From positions 14,012,001 to 14,076,000 of the forward strand of contig NC_087436.1 of assembly GCF_036321535.1 (NCBI RefSeq): 64,000 nucleotides of DNA, given 5' to 3'. Source of the DNA: Camelus dromedarius (Eukaryota). The position numbers and the translations under genes were made by a program. The notes below the pieces were generated by a model that ran no database searches, was not told where the DNA came from, and saw only the letters and a program-made list of their open reading frames with translations. Below, one piece after another: positions 1 to 11,019 of the stretch; within the stretch, counting starts at the first letter, position 1; each line of letters opens with the position of its first letter.

Positions 1-384
1 AGGCGATCACAGGCTTGGACGGAGGCTCTGGGCAGCTAAGCAGGGTGATGCCATAGAGAATCCAGGGGCAGGAAGTGCATCTTGAGGAGGTGAAGGAGAA
101 AACCCGAAGCAGAGGACAGAGCAGCCCTGAGCTATGTTGTGGGAATGAGGAACACAAAGAGGCCAACAGGACTGGAGGACAGTAACAATTTTTATAATTT
201 CACTCAAGAATTAAAAAGTATTCTGAAACACCTCATGGATTTGGGGAGAAATCCACAAAATTATAAAATAAACCATTCTATATTGTGTGCACCCTGAATA
301 CCAGAAATGAACTCTTGTCCATAACGCCAACACTGCGTGGGTGCCTGCTGTGGGGCAGGGCCATGCTCTCTGCTTTTACTATCG

Positions 385-520
385 TGGAATAGCTCACTTA
401 ACCCTCAAAACAGCCCCACCAGGTGCGTCCTATTCACAGATGAGAAAACTGAGTCACAGGCACATGTTGCCCATAGTCACGCGGCTGAGAAGTGGCAGAT
501 GCGGGCTTGAACTCCCCACC
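385..520 (-). mobile_element. MIR SINE fragment
   Basis: MIR core-like text 'cagatgagaaaactgagtcacag...ttgcccatagtcacgcggctgagaagtggcag...gggcttgaactc'. Confidence 0.7.
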
Positions 521-1659
521 CTCAGCCATGACCCCACACCACCTCTCACGTCTTTTTCCCTCTAAGGCCCTTGGAGAAGGGCAGTCACATCAAGAAGCCT
601 GTCTTGGACTCTAGTCTCTTCACCATGTCCAAGTTCTGATCTCAAAAAACACTGTGTCTGCAAATACAATGGTTCAGGCACCTGTGCCCCTTTGGCTTCA
701 CTTCTGATTCTGAACCAAAGAACTCCTTCCTCATCTCCTTCCATCACTTCTTATCTGTCCAAGGGCCTCAGTTTCCTCACCTGTGAAATGGGCTGCTGTG
801 AGCCCTCAATGGACTGTAGAGGGTAGGAAGCCTTCCCAGCCCTTCCCTGGCTTTTCCTTCAAAGACCAGAAGGTGTCAGGGGCCTGGATGAAGCACAGCT
901 GGTCATTAGGACGCAGTAACACTGTTTTCTCGCCCATGTCCATTTCTAAAAACAAAGAGCTCCAGTGCCAGGCCCGCAGGATAGGAAGCAGATGTTCAGA
1001 GAGCAGAAACCCATGTCTTCTAACACCTCCGCAGCACCTTCCTCAACACAGGAGCCGCAGCATCACCTGAGGAGAGGAAGGGTCATGAGCTGGACCACAA
1101 AAGGGGCAGGCAGCCAACAGACATCTGACGGCCCTAAGGAAGCAGGATGCCCTGTGTGTGCCCCCTCCAGCCCAGGGCTACCTACGGGGTTGCTGGGGTG
1201 GAGTCCAAACAAGAGGGGAAGGGTGCCAGGACTCGTCACTGCCACACACCCCCTTTTTGCATCCTGGCCTTGTCTTTTTCTGGGTGGGGGAGGGCGGTTT
1301 GAGAGCTAGAGTCGCCTTCAGACTGGGAGGTGGCAGAGTGCAGGGCCACGAGCCTTTCACCATCTGGTAGGTCTTTGTTTGGAGTAAGTCAGCCTGCTGT
1401 GTCAGCTGGGGGCGAGGAGAGCCCTTACTCTGCCCAGTGACTATCCCAACCTTGGCCCTGTGGTCCCTGCCTGGCATGCTACACCTGCTCCCTTAGCCTG
1501 ACATTTGTGATCAGAGCTCATGGGGCCTCCAGAACGGCCTCCTTTCTCCAGCCTGCTTCTTAAAGGCTTTTTAGAGAGGCAGTTCAGCAAAATGGTTAGT
1601 GCGAACTGCCTGGACAGTGTCCCACCTCTTCTGCAGGACTTGGGCACATCACTGAATCA

Positions 1660-1800
1660 CTGTGGGCCTCTAGGTCCTCATCTGTAAAACAGACTTAGTC
1701 ACAGGATCCACTTCCAAGGGTTGTGATGAGAACACACAAGTCAGGACTGGGACCAGTGTGAGGCTCAGTATGTAAGAGTTAGCTCCTGCTACTATTATCG
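1660..1800 (+). mobile_element. MIR SINE fragment
   Basis: 'gggcctctaggtcctcatctgtaaaac...aagggttgtgatgag' resembles the MIR core. Confidence 0.6.
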
Positions 1801-1859
1801 TACAACTATAAATGTTCATTCTCCTGAGGTCCTCTTCCTCAGCCCTTATCACTTTCTAC

Positions 1860-1995
1860 CCCACCGAGGGCCCTTTGTGACACTTGGGACAAGTGGCAGG
1901 CACATCTCTGAGGGCAGGGCATCCCCAGCGCTTAGGACAATGCCTGGCATAAGTGGGCACCAGATGTGTAATTGCTGAATGAATGAATGAATGCA
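1860..1995 (+). mobile_element. L2 LINE 3' end
   Basis: 'ccccagcgcttaggacaatgcctggcataagtgggcac...ttgctgaatgaatgaatgaatg', the typical L2 3' terminus. Confidence 0.7.
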
Positions 1996-2628
1996 GTACT
2001 CTCAAGGATGCCCAGGAGCTAGTATTTTTCTTAAGAGACTTTTTTTTTAAATTTCTGGGCAAGACTGCAACCTTGAAAACTTGCCTTTCAAAAGCTTTCT
2101 GCTCGGACAGCTAAGACTTGAGACCGGGAGCCCTGCCTCCCCTCCCAGCCAAGTCCCAATTAGCTGCAAGGCTCAAGGCTGTCTAGAGCATTGTTTCCCT
2201 GCTAAGAATAACAATACCCAATCCTTGGGGGTATGGTAACAGCTAATGATATGGCACTGGAAATATGCCGCGAGCATCACAAAAGAAAGCCTTACTCTAT
2301 TTATTACTATAAAACAAAATTATTTAACATGTACCAAAAATGCTTTGAGTTAATGGGGCTGTTCATTTACTGAAGACCAAGTATTACTCCTGTTTAGTTC
2401 CCTTCCCAGAGGCAAGGGCACCGAGTTATCAGTTAATTCTCTGAAGATAAAGCAAATCCATTTATTCATTGCAGGTTTCAAATGCAAAGTGAAAATACCT
2501 GTCCTCATCTCCTCACTGGCTTAAATAAAACTTAATTTTGTATGTATTCTGAAAATCTGACACAGTTTGGAAGAGAACTGCAGGACTTCGTTGCTTTTCC
2601 TGTTAACCATTACAAATCTTGATGAAAG

Positions 2629-3246
2629 TTTTTTTTAACACCTTTATTGTGATATGATTCCTGTACAGTAAACTACACATATTTCAGTTGTACAACTTGA
2701 TGAATTTTGATAGATGTATACACCTATGAAATCACCACCACAATCAAGATAGCTCACATGTCCATCACTCCCCAGGAGGTGCAATTTTCAAACTCCCAAT
2801 TTATCCCTTCCCACCCCCTTTAACCCCTGGTAACCATAAGATTGTTTTCTATGTCTGTGAGTCTGCTTCTGTTTTGTAAATAAGTTTGTGTCCTTTATTT
2901 CAGATTCCACATACAAGTGCTATCATACGGTATTTTTCTCTTTCTAGCTTACTTCACTTAGAATGATGATCTCCAGGTCCACCCATGTTGCTGCAAATGG
3001 CATTATTTTATTCTTTTTTATGGCTGGGTAGTATTCCACAACTTCTTTATTCATTCATCTGTCAAGGGACATTTAGGTTGTTTCCATGTCTTGGCTATTG
3101 TAAATAGTGCTGCTATGAGCATTGGGGTACATGTGGCTTTCTGAATTATATTTTTCTCTGGATATATGCCCAGGAGTGGGATTGCTAGATCATGTGGTAA
3201 GTTTATTTTTAGTTTTTTAATGAAACTCCACACTGTCTTCCATAGT
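2629..3246 (-). mobile_element. 5'-truncated L1 (ORF2 C-terminus and 3' UTR; tail class ending caataaaggtgtt-polyA)
   Basis: Poly-T at 2629; ORF 3051-3341 encodes the L1 ORF2 C-terminal motif [47 protein letters not shown]. Confidence 0.95.
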
Positions 3247-3745
3247 GAAATTCTTACAAATAAAGGGTCTTCCCCATAAAGAGGCATCCTAAACACAACC
3301 GTGGCTTCCTCCGTTCTAGTCCCTGGTGGGCTTACTGACAATCAATGCCTGAACTTTACTCCCATAGCCTCGCTGTGATACTGCCACAAACAAGATGTTG
3401 GTTTCCTATGCATCCCTTAAAAAACACTCAGGTGTCAACCCACCTTTTCCCAAGGGCCTGCAGCTTCCATTTGCTTCCTTATTCAGTCATCTGAAAAAAT
3501 CTTGTCATTATGCTTAAGCAATGACTTACACCCCATTTTCTGAGTAATATATACCAGCAGCATCCAGAATCACTCTATGAGAACAAAGCTAAAGACAGCT
3601 TAGTTAGGGCTTCATGACTCAAAAGCATTCTTGACACAGTATTTTCCAAGGTAGGCTCCATGGAGGAGAAGCAAATAAGAGACAGGAGGAAAAAAAAAAG
3701 TTGGCAACAAGAAGTCTGGGGACTCCGAATTAAACAGACTTCCTT

Positions 3746-4493
3746 CACCAGTGAGAATGGCCATCATTAAAAAGTCCACAAACAATAAATGCTGGAGAAG
3801 GTGTGGAGAAGAGGGAACCCTCCTACACTGCTGGTGGAAATGTAAACTGGTGCAGTCATTATGGAGTACAGTATGTAGGTTCCTTAAAAAAGTAAAAATA
3901 GACTTACCGTATGATCCAGCAATCCCAGTCCTGAGCATATACCCACAGAAAAATATAATTCAGAAAGACACATGCACCCCAATGTTCATAGCAGCACTAC
4001 TGACAACAGCCAAGACATGGAAACTACCTAAATGTCCATCAACAGATGACTGAATAAAGAAGCTGTGGCATATACATATACAATGGAATACTACTCAGCC
4101 ATAAAAAAGAATAAAATAATGCCACTTGCAGCAACATGGATAGACCTGGAGATTGTCATTCTAAGTGAAGCAAGTCAGAAAGAGAAAGAAAAATATCATA
4201 TGATGTCACTTATATGTGGAATCTAAGAAAAAGACACAAATGAACTTTTTTACAAAACAGAAACAGACTCACAGACATAGACAACAAACTTATGGTTACC
4301 CATGGGTAAAGGGGATGGGAAGGGATAAATTGGGAATTTGAAAATTGCACGTCATGGAGAGTGATGGAAATACTAGCCATCTTGATTGTGGTGGTGGTTT
4401 CATTGGTGTATACATCTACTAAAATGCACATATTTGAAATATATGTAGTTTACTGTACAGGAACTGTACCACAATAAAGGTGTTAAAAAAAAA
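3746..4493 (+). mobile_element. 5'-truncated L1 with a perfect 15-bp TSD
   Basis: ORF 3751-4053 is the L1 ORF2 C-terminus ([24 protein letters not shown]); poly-A; TSD taaacagacttcctt at 3731-3745 and 4494-4508. Confidence 0.97.
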
Positions 4494-5060
4494 TAAACAG
4501 ACTTCCTTACTCCTTGCAAACCTCTAACAGAAGATTATAGTATACATAATCCTCAACTTTGACCCCAGATCATGTTGTATTCCTCTTGCTTCAAAGCCAA
4601 CATCTCAAGGAACTATAAAAACTGCTTTTAGCATAGCAAGCTTTCCCACAAAACAGGCCTTTTTACCTTCTATCAATTACAAAATAAATGACTTGTTTCC
4701 CTGTAAGCATGTGAGGTGGCCAGAAGGCGTTAGTCTTTATTTTGACTCGAGATAGTCTCTTCTGCTATTTTTTTTTTTAATAGTCTATCTTCTTAGACCA
4801 AAGCCATTTGAAAGATTAATCTTCAACAAGTAGAGGAACTGGTCATCGGTAGGTGAGTCTCCTGCAAACCCAGTTTGGCTGAGCAGTGCTGGGGTGGTGG
4901 TGGAGCGCTGTGTGAAGTAGCAGAGAGTTGTAGCATCTACAGCTTGCAAACATCACCTGCCGCATTCCTGAATCGTAGTCAGGAGGGCTAGCCTGACGTC
5001 TAGCTGGGCCCTTGGGCCACAAGTTCAAGGGCAGAAGCTGTGTCTGTAAAGTGACCTCAT

Positions 5061-5550
5061 TTGGTAGAGGCTGCTGATTTATTTGCCCACCTGCCATTCT
5101 CCCTTTGCTCCATATACTAGAGGCCCTGATTTTTAAGCAGATCCAGGAATACCTGTAATAAATACTTCGTTTAATAGGTCCTCTTGCAGGAACTATGGCC
5201 ACAAGATTATGTTCCGACCAATGAGATGTACGTGGAAACACTGAGTGACAGCTTCCAGGAAACTTTAGGACAGCTGACATGGGCCCTTTTGTTCCCCCCA
5301 TTCTCCTCTTCAAGCCCTTCCTTTCCTGCTGGCGAGAATAAGGGAAATGGCTGGTGCTTAAGCAGCCTTTGTAGTTCAAGAGGTGGAGACCAGTTACTGA
5401 GGGTACTCAAAAAACGTAAGCAGTGGACCCCTAGACCCTGACAACTTGATGACCTCTGGATTCCTTTCACCCGAGAGGCAAATACATTTTCCTTTTGATT
5501 AAGCTATTGTGGGTTTGCAGTTACAGCTGAATTAAGCCTTAACTAATATA
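5061..5550 (+). mobile_element. MaLR LTR (MLT1J/I-like)
   Basis: Starts 'tggtagaggctgctg', contains 'ccaatgagatgtacgtggaa', ends 'ttaagctattgtgggtttgcagttacagctgaa..ccttaactaatata'. Confidence 0.75.
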
Positions 5551-5569
5551 ATAGATAGCACCTAAACAT

Positions 5570-6175
5570 CTTTTTACTGGGAAATAATTTAAAGCGTACA
5601 GAAAAGTTGCATGAATAGTACATGCAACGAGAATTCTGGTGTACCCTTCATCCAGATTTACCAATTTGTTAACATTTTGCCACGTTTGCCTTATCCTTCT
5701 TTTTTTAAAATTGAAATATAATTGATTTACAATGCTGTATTAGTTTATGGTGTTTGGGATTAGCAGATACAAACTACTACATATAAAATAGATAAACAAC
5801 AAGGACTTACTGTACAGCACGGGGAACTATATTCAATGGCTTGTAATACCTATAGTGGAAAAGAAGCTGAAAAAGAATATATGTATGTACAACTGAATCA
5901 CTGTGTTTTATCATTCTTAACCTCTCTGTCTCACTTTCTCTTTACACACAATTTTTAACCCATTTAGAAGGAACTGTGTACATTGTGCCCCTTTAATCTT
6001 GCATACTCTGATGTGAACAGAACAAGAGCTCCCACATAACCACAGTCACCAAATTCAGGAATTTCACCACCAATTGAATACTATTACCTAATCTATCGTT
6101 CATAGTCCAATTTCACCAATTGTCCCAATGTCTTTTCCAGTCCAGGATCCAATCAGAATCATATAGGTATTTGTC
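5570..6175 (-). mobile_element. Ancient L1M 3' end, interrupted by a younger L1 at 5701-5907
   Basis: 'gaaataatttaaagcgtacagaaaagttgcatgaatagtaca..acccttcatccagatttaccaatttgttaacattttgccac'. Confidence 0.75.
5701..5907 (-). mobile_element. Short L1 3'-end insertion with 5' inversion
   Basis: 5701-5752 is the antisense L1 terminus, 5753-5905 is the sense upstream 3' UTR segment; TSD ttatc(c/a)ttct at 5691-5700 and 5908-5917. Confidence 0.85.
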
Positions 6176-6916
6176 AAGTCTCAGATAACCATTTTTAAGG
6201 GTGTATTTCTTTAAAAAAAAAAAAAAGAAGAAAGAAAAAAGAAAAATACAAATTAAAAAGAAATCACATCGTTTTTGTGTTCAGCTACTGTCACTTCTAC
6301 CTCTTTACTAACTGACAAACCTGGCATTCTCCTGCTGTCAGGGTCAATTCTAGGCCCCTGAATGCAGTGCCCCACCTCCACCCCACGAGTTTCCCTAGAT
6401 CTCCCCACACACCCTTCCCCCGTTCTGCCCCTTCCTGCTTCCAGGAGTTCTGTCCGTCCCAGTCCGTCCCAGACACAGTGAGACCACGGTAAGTGCAGTG
6501 TTAGAAATTCTCACCTAAGCAGCAGTCAAGAGTGGAGCTCACCCCGTCGTGCACCCTGTTTCCCATAATTGCCTAATGGACTCTATACACTGGGAAAAAT
6601 TGCACGTGCACTTGACAAAGAAGTGGAAACCGGGATCACTTAAGCCTCCTGGATGTAACCAGCCATTAAACAGCCGTTGCACTTTGCTCAGATGTAGTAG
6701 TAATCAATATCATGAATGCATTTGATAAGGGTGACTTAGGAGGTATGATTTATTCCTCCCTGAGGGTTTATTTCCAGCATAGGTCTTTACAGCAAGAATG
6801 AGGCTTGCTGACGGCCCAGTGCTGATGCACAGCAGAGCCCTCTGCATCTTCACTGAGCTTACTCTTGAGGCATCAGTTAATTCCTTGCATTTTATAGGGA
6901 AAGAAATAGGATTTTT

Positions 6917-7080
6917 TATTTTTATTTTATTCTTTTTTTTTTAATTTTATTTTTTGTTGAGGGGGGGAGGTAATTAGGTTTATTTATTTATTTGTTTTTA
7001 GAGGAAGTACTGGTAATTGAACCCAGGACCTCAGGCATGCTAAGTATGTGCTTTACCACTTGAACTGTACCCTCCCTGCC
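6917..7080 (-). mobile_element. tRNA-Ala-derived SINE (camelid vic-1-like)
   Basis: Antisense tRNA-like head with A/B boxes and AT-rich tail; TSD gaaataggattttt at 6903-6916 and 7081-7094. Confidence 0.92.
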
Positions 7081-7430
7081 GAAATAGGATTTTTTAATCA
7101 ATGAAATTAACTAAGAGGCAGAGATGATCGCCCTGCTCCTGGGAAACTGTTATTGAGGAATTAGGGTGGTGCCCGGCTGGCTGCCACCCTCTGTGGGTGT
7201 GTGTTGGGGGGAAGCCAGCCTGAGAAGTGGGCTGACAGGTCCCTTCCTTCAGACACTCTAGGGGATCTGCTGAGAAGCCAGGGAAGCCCCACAATTAACC
7301 TCACTGGCCTAGATGTTTATGTGCCTTGTCTCTCCATTGAACTTGGGTCTCAGGCCTGAGCCTGGAGTCTCCAGGCACCTGGAGAGAATAGAGGATGGGG
7401 AGGGAGGGTAGCTTTTTTGTCAAATCAATG

Positions 7431-7480
7431 CATTGACCGCACTTTCAGGAAAGACCATTGACCGCACTTTCAGGAAAGAC
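7431..7480. repeat. Perfect 25-bp tandem duplication
   Basis: cattgaccgcactttcaggaaagac x2. Confidence 0.97.
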
Positions 7481-8139
7481 CACTGTCTGCATCATGGCTG
7501 GCACGTCTTCAAACTGCAGTCCCTTTGGTTCAGAATCACCAGCCACGTGAGGAGAAAGAGAAAGAAAACCATGGTCAGGGTGACCCTTTCCACTGAGAAG
7601 GAAGCTGTCAGGAACACAGTTTCTGCTGCGGCTGCCAGGCGGGATGCTGTGATAGCCGATGGCAGGTGAGCTCAGAGAGGAACAGGGCTCCAGGCCAGCT
7701 TCTCCAGGACAGAAGGCAGAGAGAAGGGATGTGGCAAGGGGAGGGAGCGGGTGCTCCTACCTGGCGGGACTTCTGCTTCTGTCCTTCCTGAGGCCACCAG
7801 GAAGACGTGTCACCTGCATTGCTTTTGTAGGGCTTTGAACCAAAAAATGGAGACATCAGTGCTCTGCCTTCTGTGTGCTTCCAGTTCTAGCCCCACGGGG
7901 ATGCTGCTGTATCTCCTACATTGCACCCAGGGCGGGCACATGGCAGGCACTCAGTACACATTTGTGTGCGGAAAGAGCGATTATGATCTAACCTGGCATC
8001 TCATCAACACAGACACCGTTCCAGAGGACACTGGGAAGAAGAACTGAAAATCGGCAATCGTCAACTCCCTCTAGGAAATGTTTCCAGAGTCAGTCAAAAA
8101 TCACTATAGCAGACAAATGCCCTGGTTTCTAGAAAGAAT

Positions 8140-8215
8140 AAAAAAGAAAAGAAGAGAAAAGAAAGGAAAGGAAAGGAAAGGAAAGAAAGCGGGAGGGAAG
8201 GAGGGAAGGAAGGGG
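8140..8215. repeat. Purine-rich (GAAAA/GGAAA)n simple repeat
   Basis: gaaaagaagagaaaagaaaggaaaggaaaggaaag..gggagggaagg. Confidence 0.9.
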
Positions 8216-8329
8216 TAAAGAAAAAGTCATTAAAAAAAGTGGCGTTATACCGCAATAAAGGTGTTCAAAAAAAAAAAACCTAATAAAGGCCAAAGACCTT
8301 ACAAAGGAAAAAGAAAAAACAAGGCATGG

Positions 8330-8770
8330 GTGAGACTATAAGAGAAAAAACTACGAGAGACAATCAAATGCAATGTGCACATAATTTCCTTCCTGATTCT
8401 ACAATCTAAGTATGAAAAATGCCTTTGAGACAACCAATTTGAATATGAATGAGGTACTAGATATTAAAATACTAATGGTAACGTTATTGGGTATGATAAT
8501 CGCATGGTAGTTACGTTGTTCTTGTTTTTTAAGTCTTTGCCTGTTAGTCATCCAACCTGAGTATTTATAGGTAAAGTGACAGATCTGGGGATTTCTTTAA
8601 AATGTATCAGCAAAAAACAAAATATAGCAAAAAGTTGGCGGGGAAGGGATGCGGCTGGCAAAATGTTGATAACTGTTGACACTGGGTTTAGATTCCTCGT
8701 GGAAGTTCATTATACTCTCCTTTCTACTTTTGTGTAATTTTGAAATTGTCCAAAAGAAAAATCTTTTAAA
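8330..8770 (+). mobile_element. Ancient L1MC/ME 3' end
   Basis: 'caatcaaatgcaatgtg..ctggcaaaatgttgataactgttga..gttcattatactctcctttctacttttgtgtaattttgaaatt'. Confidence 0.7.
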
Positions 8771-8929
8771 AGTCACGGAATCCATAATCTCCTATCCTTG
8801 AACTCAGATGTGTCATCTTTTTTCCATTAGTTAATTCAACACATATTGATGGAATCCCTGCGGTGTGAAAAGCATTGAGGGAGGACCTGTGAGGGTTACA
8901 GAGCCACACAAATATCAAGCACGTGTTGC

Positions 8930-9056
8930 GGGGAAGGTATAGCTCAGGGGTAGAGTGTGTGCCTAGCAGGCACAAGGTCCTGGGTTCAATCCCCAATACC
9001 TCCATTTAAAAAAAAAAAAGAAAGAAATGAAAACCTAATTACCTCCTCCCCACCAA
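8930..9056 (+). mobile_element. tRNA-Ala-derived SINE (vic-1-like)
   Basis: ggggaaggtatagctcaggggtagag..ggtcctgggttcaatcccc, then A-rich tail and aaacctaattacctcc. Confidence 0.92.
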
Positions 9057-9491
9057 AAGCACATGCAGGATAAATATCTAGGGTGGCTTCTATTTGGCTG
9101 CCTGGGTGTGGGGAACCCTGACTCTTCCCAGATGCTGGATATGTTTGCCTAGAGTCAGCAGGCCACACCCCTTGCGATCTTGGACGAGCCACTTAACCTA
9201 TCCTAGGTCTCCGTGTTCTCATTTACAAAAATTGGCTAATGGTAGTACTCCCTTCATGAGCTGGTTATGAGTATTAACTGAGATCATAATAACAGGCTTA
9301 GCCTAGTACCTACTTAGGCTATTGATAGAGCCAGTGACAGCAGCCAACATCATCATCTGGTTAGAGCAGTCCGCCAGCAGTGATTTGTGCCATTAGAAAG
9401 AAGTGCCCTTTTCTCCAGGCTGGGATGGCCTTGAACAAGGGTGAGGGGCTCAGCTGCTGGTTTTACCCCGGAATGGGCTCCCTTGTGTAGG

Positions 9492-10139
9492 TGAGACAAG
9501 AAAGAAGCGGACAGAGGACAGCCATTCAAGGAATAAGAGCAATTAACACCAAAATGGTGGAAGATTTGACTCCCAGTAGACCTTAAAGCTCAAGATGATG
9601 GGAGATTTGACTTCTAGTAGACCTTGAGCTTCATTATACGATCACGGTAATATATTAACATGGCAAATGACACTCCCACAGGTGCCATAACAGGTTCAAG
9701 GTTGACCATAAAAGTTCCAAGAGTTGGCAGTGACCCAATTCCTGGAAATCCCAGCCCCTTCCCCAGGGTAGTTGGAATGGTTCTCTCGTTGGCATATGAA
9801 GCTACAGAGCCCGGAAAAAGTAGCAACACCGCGCCTCGAGGCTTCTCGACTCTTCAGAGTCGGCCCACACTCTGTCCATGGAGTGTGTATCTACTTTTAC
9901 TTTAACCTGATTCCCCAAACCCCACACCTAGTGGCCTTTCACTCGCCTTCTGAGACAGCCTACACGCTATGCAGTATGTATCTCTCTAAATAAATCTACC
10001 TTTACTCAGTTGTGGCTCCCTCTTGAATTCTTTCCTGCATGAAGCCAAGGACCCACGCTTGGCGGGGCACGTCCCAGGGGCTCAGCCAAAACTTGGAACA
10101 CGGCCATCCTCTTGCCCCACATTCATTTTTCCTGTATCA
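9492..10139 (+). mobile_element. ERV1-class solo LTR (MER41/MER4-group-like)
   Basis: TG...CA termini, aataaa near 9989 followed by 'ttgaattctttcctgcatgaagccaaggaccc' (U5-like), internal ~41-bp duplication at 9551-9631; TSD not resolved. Confidence 0.8.
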
Positions 10140-10994
10140 TCTGTCAATCTGTACATCATATGGAGGATCTCTGAACAGGTCTCCCAGGTCCACCCTGATG
10201 CCCGTCAAATTTCCCAAAAGGAACAAAAGCTCCAGGACTTGCCTCCAATTTAGCCTGTGGGTGAACATCTTCAGCACTCCAGAAGCAGGTGCTTGGTGCT
10301 GACCCACTTGTGTTTGAAGGTTGCCGTGGCAGGACGGCAGGGTAAAGGAAAACATCCATCTATGCAGCCCATGCTTTGCAATTCCCTCCCCGAAGCCCTC
10401 TCTGGCCTCAGCCATCAGCCTGTACCTTACCAGGCTGGGGTCAGGCTAAACATGCCATTCCTAGTGCTCAAGGAATACCTGGAAATCCTACTCACTGATT
10501 TTAAAATTGTGTTCTCATTTCTCCTAAATGATGGTAATGGGGATGGTGACTTATGTATTAATGTAGATTAACTGCTTGTTTCACTTGGAATGAAAGTCAC
10601 TTCAGCACTAGGCTTGATTATACCTTATCTTGTTTTGCCTCCTCTTTCGTCTCCTTCCCCTCCCCTCCTCCTCCTCCTGCTCCTCCCCCTCCCTCTTCTT
10701 TAATTAAAAGGCAGACTCTGTTATCGCCTACAATCAGGCCATTCACTTCAGCATGTATTTTGCTGTGCGGTGGATTGAGACGTACCATCCACATCCCAGC
10801 TGCAGGCGCCATGGCTGCCTCCATGGACAGTCACACAAGTGCACGTCTGTTTCGGAGGCAGAGATGAGGCGAGAAAGTGCCCGACGATGCGGAGACACGC
10901 GCCTCTCTCACGCAGAGCACCGCGCCGTGGGGGAAACGTACGCGGTTCACGTTCACCGTATTTAGGTGGGCAGATGCCACATGCAGCTATTCAG

Positions 10995-11019
10995 AAATCC
11001 AAATCCAAATCCAAATCCA
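10995..11019. repeat. (AAATCC)4 microsatellite
   Basis: aaatccaaatccaaatccaaatcc. Confidence 0.9.

Noticed and set aside
4843..5379. Longest ORF in the window (178 aa)
   Set aside because: Largely antisense to an MLT1 LTR, with no recognisable domain.
10023..10253. Peptide QVHPDARQISQK resembles histone H2B (QVHPDTGISSK)
   Set aside because: The similarity covers a few residues only, no flanking H2B sequence is present, and the ORF starts inside an LTR.
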